A stretch of 64,000 nucleotides of DNA from Bryobacterales bacterium (GTDB taxonomy: Bacteria; Acidobacteriota; Terriglobia; Bryobacterales; UBA6623). This document shows positions 59,960 to 64,000 of this stretch, piece by piece. Made by a program: the position numbers and the translations under genes. The stretch's first letter is position 1. Every line of letters starts with the position of its first letter. The stretch is taken from contig OZ245359.1 of assembly GCA_965226385.1 (NCBI GenBank), forward strand, positions 1,375,854 through 1,439,853, written 5' to 3'. The notes beneath the pieces are model-generated. The model ran no database searches. It saw only the letters and a program-made list of their open reading frames with translations, and was not told the origin of the DNA.

Positions 59960-62440
59960 ATGTTACATATCGGATGCCAACCCGAACAAACCCACTTCAA
60001 CTATGTTGCATTTGGATTAATTATCAAGGTATCCCGAAGCCTGATGATAAGATTCGTGGCAATGTCGCTTGAGTTGCGCTGGATGCTCGGGGTACTCACC
60101 TTGGGAACAAGCTTGATTGCAGCCGAAGAACCTGGTCTTCAAGTCACAAGTGACAACCAGATTCATTCTCACCCAACTCCGCGGCTCTTTCTGGAAAGCA
60201 ATGAAAGTATCATCCCCAACACCATGCCAGCATCCACTATCGACTGGTCTGGCAAGTTATCCGTTCTGAGAAGCGGGGATTACAGGTTCTACGCCAGCCA
60301 TGGAAATCTGTTCCTCAATGGCATGGAAGTCCAGGAAGGGCCAGTTCGTCTGGACGCAGTCGATCATAAATTCGAGTTGCATCAACCAGTCAGCCCAGGG
60401 TCAAGTCTTTTATCTGTTGAATGGGAAGGTCCCGGATTTAGTCGTGAACCGATCCCTGCCTGGCTCTTCAGTCACGAAAGTCTCGAACCGGGCAGACCGG
60501 ATGGCAGAAAACTCTACGAAGATCTGGGCTGTTCCAATTGCCACCTGTCAGACTCGCCTTCAATTCAGAAACGTTCTGGGCCGATTCTGACTGATATTGG
60601 TGACCAATCCAACCAAGTGTGGATTCGGCACTGGCTCAGCGAACCGAAGAGCTTCCGAAGTTGGGCAACGATGCCCAGGATGCTTTCGAGTAGTCAACGA
60701 ACTGATGTTGCAACTTTCCTGGTAACACAAAAGACCAGACCCCTCCAGGAGCCACGTTTTTCCAAAAGCCATGTGGAGTTGGGCAGGACCAGATTCCAGT
60801 CTTATGGCTGTGTTGCCTGCCACGGCACACTATTGCCATTAAATGGTCTGGGTTCCAAGACAACCGTTGGACACCTGCAACGTTACCTACTTGATCCTCT
60901 TGAATTTTCACCAGATGGCAGGATGCCATCGTTCCACCTCTCGGAAGAGGAAGCTCTGACACTTGCCGCATACCTTATCGATTCCAAAAATGAATTGTTT
61001 AAGGAACCGGTTCAAAACGGAGATGCAACCGCAGGGCGAAGGCTGGTCCAGTCTTCGGGCTGCCTGGCCTGCCATCAAATTGATGGCCTGGAATCCACTC
61101 ACCAAGCACCACGGCTGGAGTTACTTAAAAAGAATCTGGGCTGCCTGGCCAATGATGTTCCAGCACGGCTGCCACAGTACAGTCTCAGTGATCCAGACCG
61201 GGGAGCGCTTCAAAGATTCATTGCGGAATACCAGAACGCTCCGGATACAACTTCATCGCCTGTTTTTGATTTAACTCGTCGTCTATCCCAACTCCGCTGC
61301 AACGCCTGTCATGAACTTAACGGCAAACCCGCTACAGGTTCAATTACCGAGAGCACACCACCAATCACTGGTATCGGCAGCAAGCTAAATGTGGGTTGGC
61401 TTGAACATGTCATTAACTCAGAGACCCGTATCCTCGACTGGCAAGAGCTGCGAATGCCCAGTTACGGCACTGATCATGCTCAATGGCTGGCGAAGGCTCT
61501 CGCCAAAGCCAGTGGAATAAATCCATCTGAAACCAATCCATCTCCTAAAAATCTGCATCCGGAAGCCAGTTATGACAGACTCGGTGTTGATGGTGCGCAA
61601 GGAGGTCTGGGTTGCATCGGCTGTCACGGCTGGGATCGCTTCCCTGCCCTTGGAGAAGATGGCCCGAACCTGTACTCTGCAGGACAACGCCTCCGCTACA
61701 ACTGGTTCCTGCGCTGGATGCGTAATCCGGCTCGTGTACTACCCAATGCATCAATGCCTGCATTCTTCAGCAGTATGGACCCAGACAAGTCGAAAACAAT
61801 CATTGACGAACTCTGGAATGCTTTCCTGTCTGCCCCAGACTTGCCTCCACCTGCGGGCTTTCAATCAATAACGGCCTCACTTGGCAGCGAAGAAATGCCG
61901 GTTCCTGACGACAAGGCGATCGTGATCCGGTGGGATATGCCCGAGGCAACACCTGCTGCTATTGCGGTTGGATTACCAGGCAAAATCTCATATTGCTTCG
62001 ATGCCGGTGAGTCACGATTGCGCTATGCATGGCAAGGCGGTTTCATTGACACGTCATCCGTTCTGTTCGCAAAAAAGAACAGGGAGACCAACCTGACCGA
62101 AACTGCACGGATTCTTGGAGATATTTTCTTTCGGGAGGGCCGCTTCCCGATCCGGGTGCAGGACAGGGATCGCATACCCCAACGAAGGTTTCTGGGTTAC
62201 AAGATTGTTGATACGTTCCCTGAGTTTCATTACCAGGTCGACGGGATTGATGTTTATGAACGCATCCTGCCAGTTGCACATGGAATTGTCCGCAAGTTCA
62301 GAGTTGCATCTGTCGAGCAACCCATGTGGTTCATTCCAGCAGAAAATCCGGGTGTCCAGATCCACAGCAATCTGAATCAATTCAAGATTCCCCTAGGGAA
62401 AGATGTTTCATTCGAGGTCAGTGTTGTTGCCGGAGATTAA
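59960..62440 (+). CDS. Penta-heme c-type cytochrome with an N-terminal PA14-like beta domain
   Basis: CSNCH, CVACH, CLACH, CNACH, CIGCH; WSGKL...GDYRF and LSVEWEGPGF PA14-like motifs. The true start is probably at or after 60044. Confidence 0.88.
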   Translation: MLHIGCQPEQTHFNYVAFGLIIKVSRSLMIRFVAMSLELRWMLGVLTLGTSLIAAEEPGLQVTSDNQIHSHPTPRLFLESNESIIPNTMPASTIDWSGKLSVLRSGDYRFYASHGNLFLNGMEVQEGPVRLDAVDHKFELHQPVSPGSSLLSVEWEGPGFSREPIPAWLFSHESLEPGRPDGRKLYEDLGCSNCHLSDSPSIQKRSGPILTDIGDQSNQVWIRHWLSEPKSFRSWATMPRMLSSSQRTDVATFLVTQKTRPLQEPRFSKSHVELGRTRFQSYGCVACHGTLLPLNGLGSKTTVGHLQRYLLDPLEFSPDGRMPSFHLSEEEALTLAAYLIDSKNELFKEPVQNGDATAGRRLVQSSGCLACHQIDGLESTHQAPRLELLKKNLGCLANDVPARLPQYSLSDPDRGALQRFIAEYQNAPDTTSSPVFDLTRRLSQLRCNACHELNGKPATGSITESTPPITGIGSKLNVGWLEHVINSETRILDWQELRMPSYGTDHAQWLAKALAKASGINPSETNPSPKNLHPEASYDRLGVDGAQGGLGCIGCHGWDRFPALGEDGPNLYSAGQRLRYNWFLRWMRNPARVLPNASMPAFFSSMDPDKSKTIIDELWNAFLSAPDLPPPAGFQSITASLGSEEMPVPDDKAIVIRWDMPEATPAAIAVGLPGKISYCFDAGESRLRYAWQGGFIDTSSVLFAKKNRETNLTETARILGDIFFREGRFPIRVQDRDRIPQRRFLGYKIVDTFPEFHYQVDGIDVYERILPVAHGIVRKFRVASVEQPMWFIPAENPGVQIHSNLNQFKIPLGKDVSFEVSVVAGD

Positions 62441-62459
62441 GCGAGTCCTGCTGAAGCAC

Positions 62460-63959
62460 ATGGTCATTACGGCAATGGTCCTAGGCATGTGTATGGTGGC
62501 AATTGCCCAAGTTTCAAGCGACACCTACAAGGTTGAAACCATCACCGGGCCAAGGGATGTCGCATTTGAAGTCAGCGCCATCACTGTTGGACATGACAAC
62601 AAGTTGTATCTAGCTTTCCGACGGGGATATATCTACCGCTATGATCCTGATTCCAAACATTGGAGCCGTTTTGCTGAAGGACTGCACACACCGCTGGGAA
62701 TTACAAAAGGGGACATTCCAGGTGAGTTTTATGTCGCTCAGGTGCCTGAATTAACGAGAGTTGTTGATACTGACAACGACGGTACTGCCGACCTGTTCGC
62801 AACCATTTCGGACGGTTGGGGGCTATCCGGCAACTATCACGAATTCATTGCCGGCCCGGTTCGCGACTCTTCCGGGAATTTTTATATTTCTCTTGGACTG
62901 GCTTCTGGAAACGCCGACCCGCGCCCGCCAACACGTGGTGAGCGGACACGTCAACTACGCAAGGCACCTCAGCAGATCAAGGGCAAGGTCAATCAAGTCG
63001 GTCATTATTCACCTGTTCCCTACCGTGGCTGCGCACTACAAATCCGACCCGACGGCGGTCTCAAGTTATTCGCATGCGGTTTTCGACAGCCAAACGGCTT
63101 GGTGATTAGCCCGGATGGTGAGATTTTCGCAACGGACAACCAAGGAGGATGGGTTGGTACATCTCCGCTGCATCATGTTACAGAAGGAGCATTCCACGGT
63201 CACCCGGCATCCCTGCACTGGCACCCGGAATTTCTTGGAGTGAATCCGGTGGAAGCAGATGTCTCTGAATTGAACCGCAAGCGCAAGAAACCGGCAATTC
63301 TGTTCCCACAAGGAGACATGGGAGGATCCGTTACAGAGCCGATCTTCGATCTCACTCGAGGAGCATTCGGGCCATATTCCGGCCAGATGTTAGTTGCAGA
63401 GTGGGCATATCCACGGATTCTTCGAGTAGACCTGGAAAAGGTCCAGAACGAATACCAGGGTGCTGCATTCCTGTTCATCGAAGGGAACGGTCTGCGAATG
63501 GCCAACAACCGAATGGTATTTTCCGCTGATGGGCGAAGCCTGTATGTAGCTCAGACTTCACGCATCTGGGGCTCAACCGAAGGACTCCAACGAATCAGCT
63601 GGCAGCAAAAGATTCCATTCGAGATCCTGAGGATGCGGTTGACGAAGACCGGCTTCGATCTGACCTTCACAAAACCTGTCAACCGGCTGAGTGCTTCAAA
63701 CCCCAAAAACTACTCTTTCACTCGGTACTACTACCTCTATCATTCAACGTACGGCTCCCCGAAGACAGATATTACTCCAGTCCTGGTCAGGTCTGCTGTA
63801 GTTTCCGAAGATGGACTGATGGTTTCACTTGAGCTTGCCAACCTGCTGGAAGGCTGGCTATATGACCTGCGCCCGGATCATATAGTCAGCGAGGATAGTG
63901 CTCCACTGGTAACGAAAATTGCAGCTTATACGTTGAACCGCCTACAGGGCAGAAATTAA
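62460..63959 (+). CDS. Exported beta-propeller protein (glucose/sorbosone-dehydrogenase-like, PVC type)
   Basis: Signal peptide; AEGLHTPLG, DTDNDGTAD, GNYHEF, ACGFRQPNG, DNQGGW, YQGAAF motifs. The start is reset from 62403 to avoid overlap. Confidence 0.8.
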   Translation: MVITAMVLGMCMVAIAQVSSDTYKVETITGPRDVAFEVSAITVGHDNKLYLAFRRGYIYRYDPDSKHWSRFAEGLHTPLGITKGDIPGEFYVAQVPELTRVVDTDNDGTADLFATISDGWGLSGNYHEFIAGPVRDSSGNFYISLGLASGNADPRPPTRGERTRQLRKAPQQIKGKVNQVGHYSPVPYRGCALQIRPDGGLKLFACGFRQPNGLVISPDGEIFATDNQGGWVGTSPLHHVTEGAFHGHPASLHWHPEFLGVNPVEADVSELNRKRKKPAILFPQGDMGGSVTEPIFDLTRGAFGPYSGQMLVAEWAYPRILRVDLEKVQNEYQGAAFLFIEGNGLRMANNRMVFSADGRSLYVAQTSRIWGSTEGLQRISWQQKIPFEILRMRLTKTGFDLTFTKPVNRLSASNPKNYSFTRYYYLYHSTYGSPKTDITPVLVRSAVVSEDGLMVSLELANLLEGWLYDLRPDHIVSEDSAPLVTKIAAYTLNRLQGRN

Positions 63960-64000
63960 CATCCATAGATTCCTAGATGAAGCATTATTCGCACAAGAGA

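Noticed and set aside
63977-64000. Possible start of a further gene (MKHYSHKR)
   Set aside because: Only eight codons are visible at the window edge.

Overview
This is a 64-kb chromosomal window of a Gram-negative bacterium with moderate GC. The gene content points to Acidobacteriota (Bryobacterales-like) or a PVC-like lineage; this is an inference from DUF1501, the ECF/HEAT/DUF4097/PDZ and ECF/DUF4252 clusters, and an LPS heptosyltransferase. Housekeeping genes include dnaK-dnaJ-hspR (no grpE), groES-groEL, recO, mnmA, truB, waaF, rmlBC, aroF, copA, hom and guaA, plus transporters, peptidases and periplasmic redox proteins. These are interleaved with GC-rich IS elements: one intact IS1380, an internally deleted IS1634 with intact ends, and IS1634 and ISKra4 remnants. 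Many genes are pseudogenised, which suggests ongoing genome erosion. I recognised no rRNA, tRNA, riboswitch or CRISPR array. The strongest leads are: (1) an orphan protein whose C-terminus is a (DDRR)n/RG-rich disordered tail; (2) a long, animal-type GMP synthase; (3) a 45-codon high-GC3 patch inside dnaK; (4) a Ubl-E1 fusion with an internal di-glycine; (5) a penta-heme cytochrome/beta-propeller pair; (6) two exported redox enzymes whose signal peptides are broken while their catalytic bodies are intact. Family assignments come from motif recognition and memory, not database searches.
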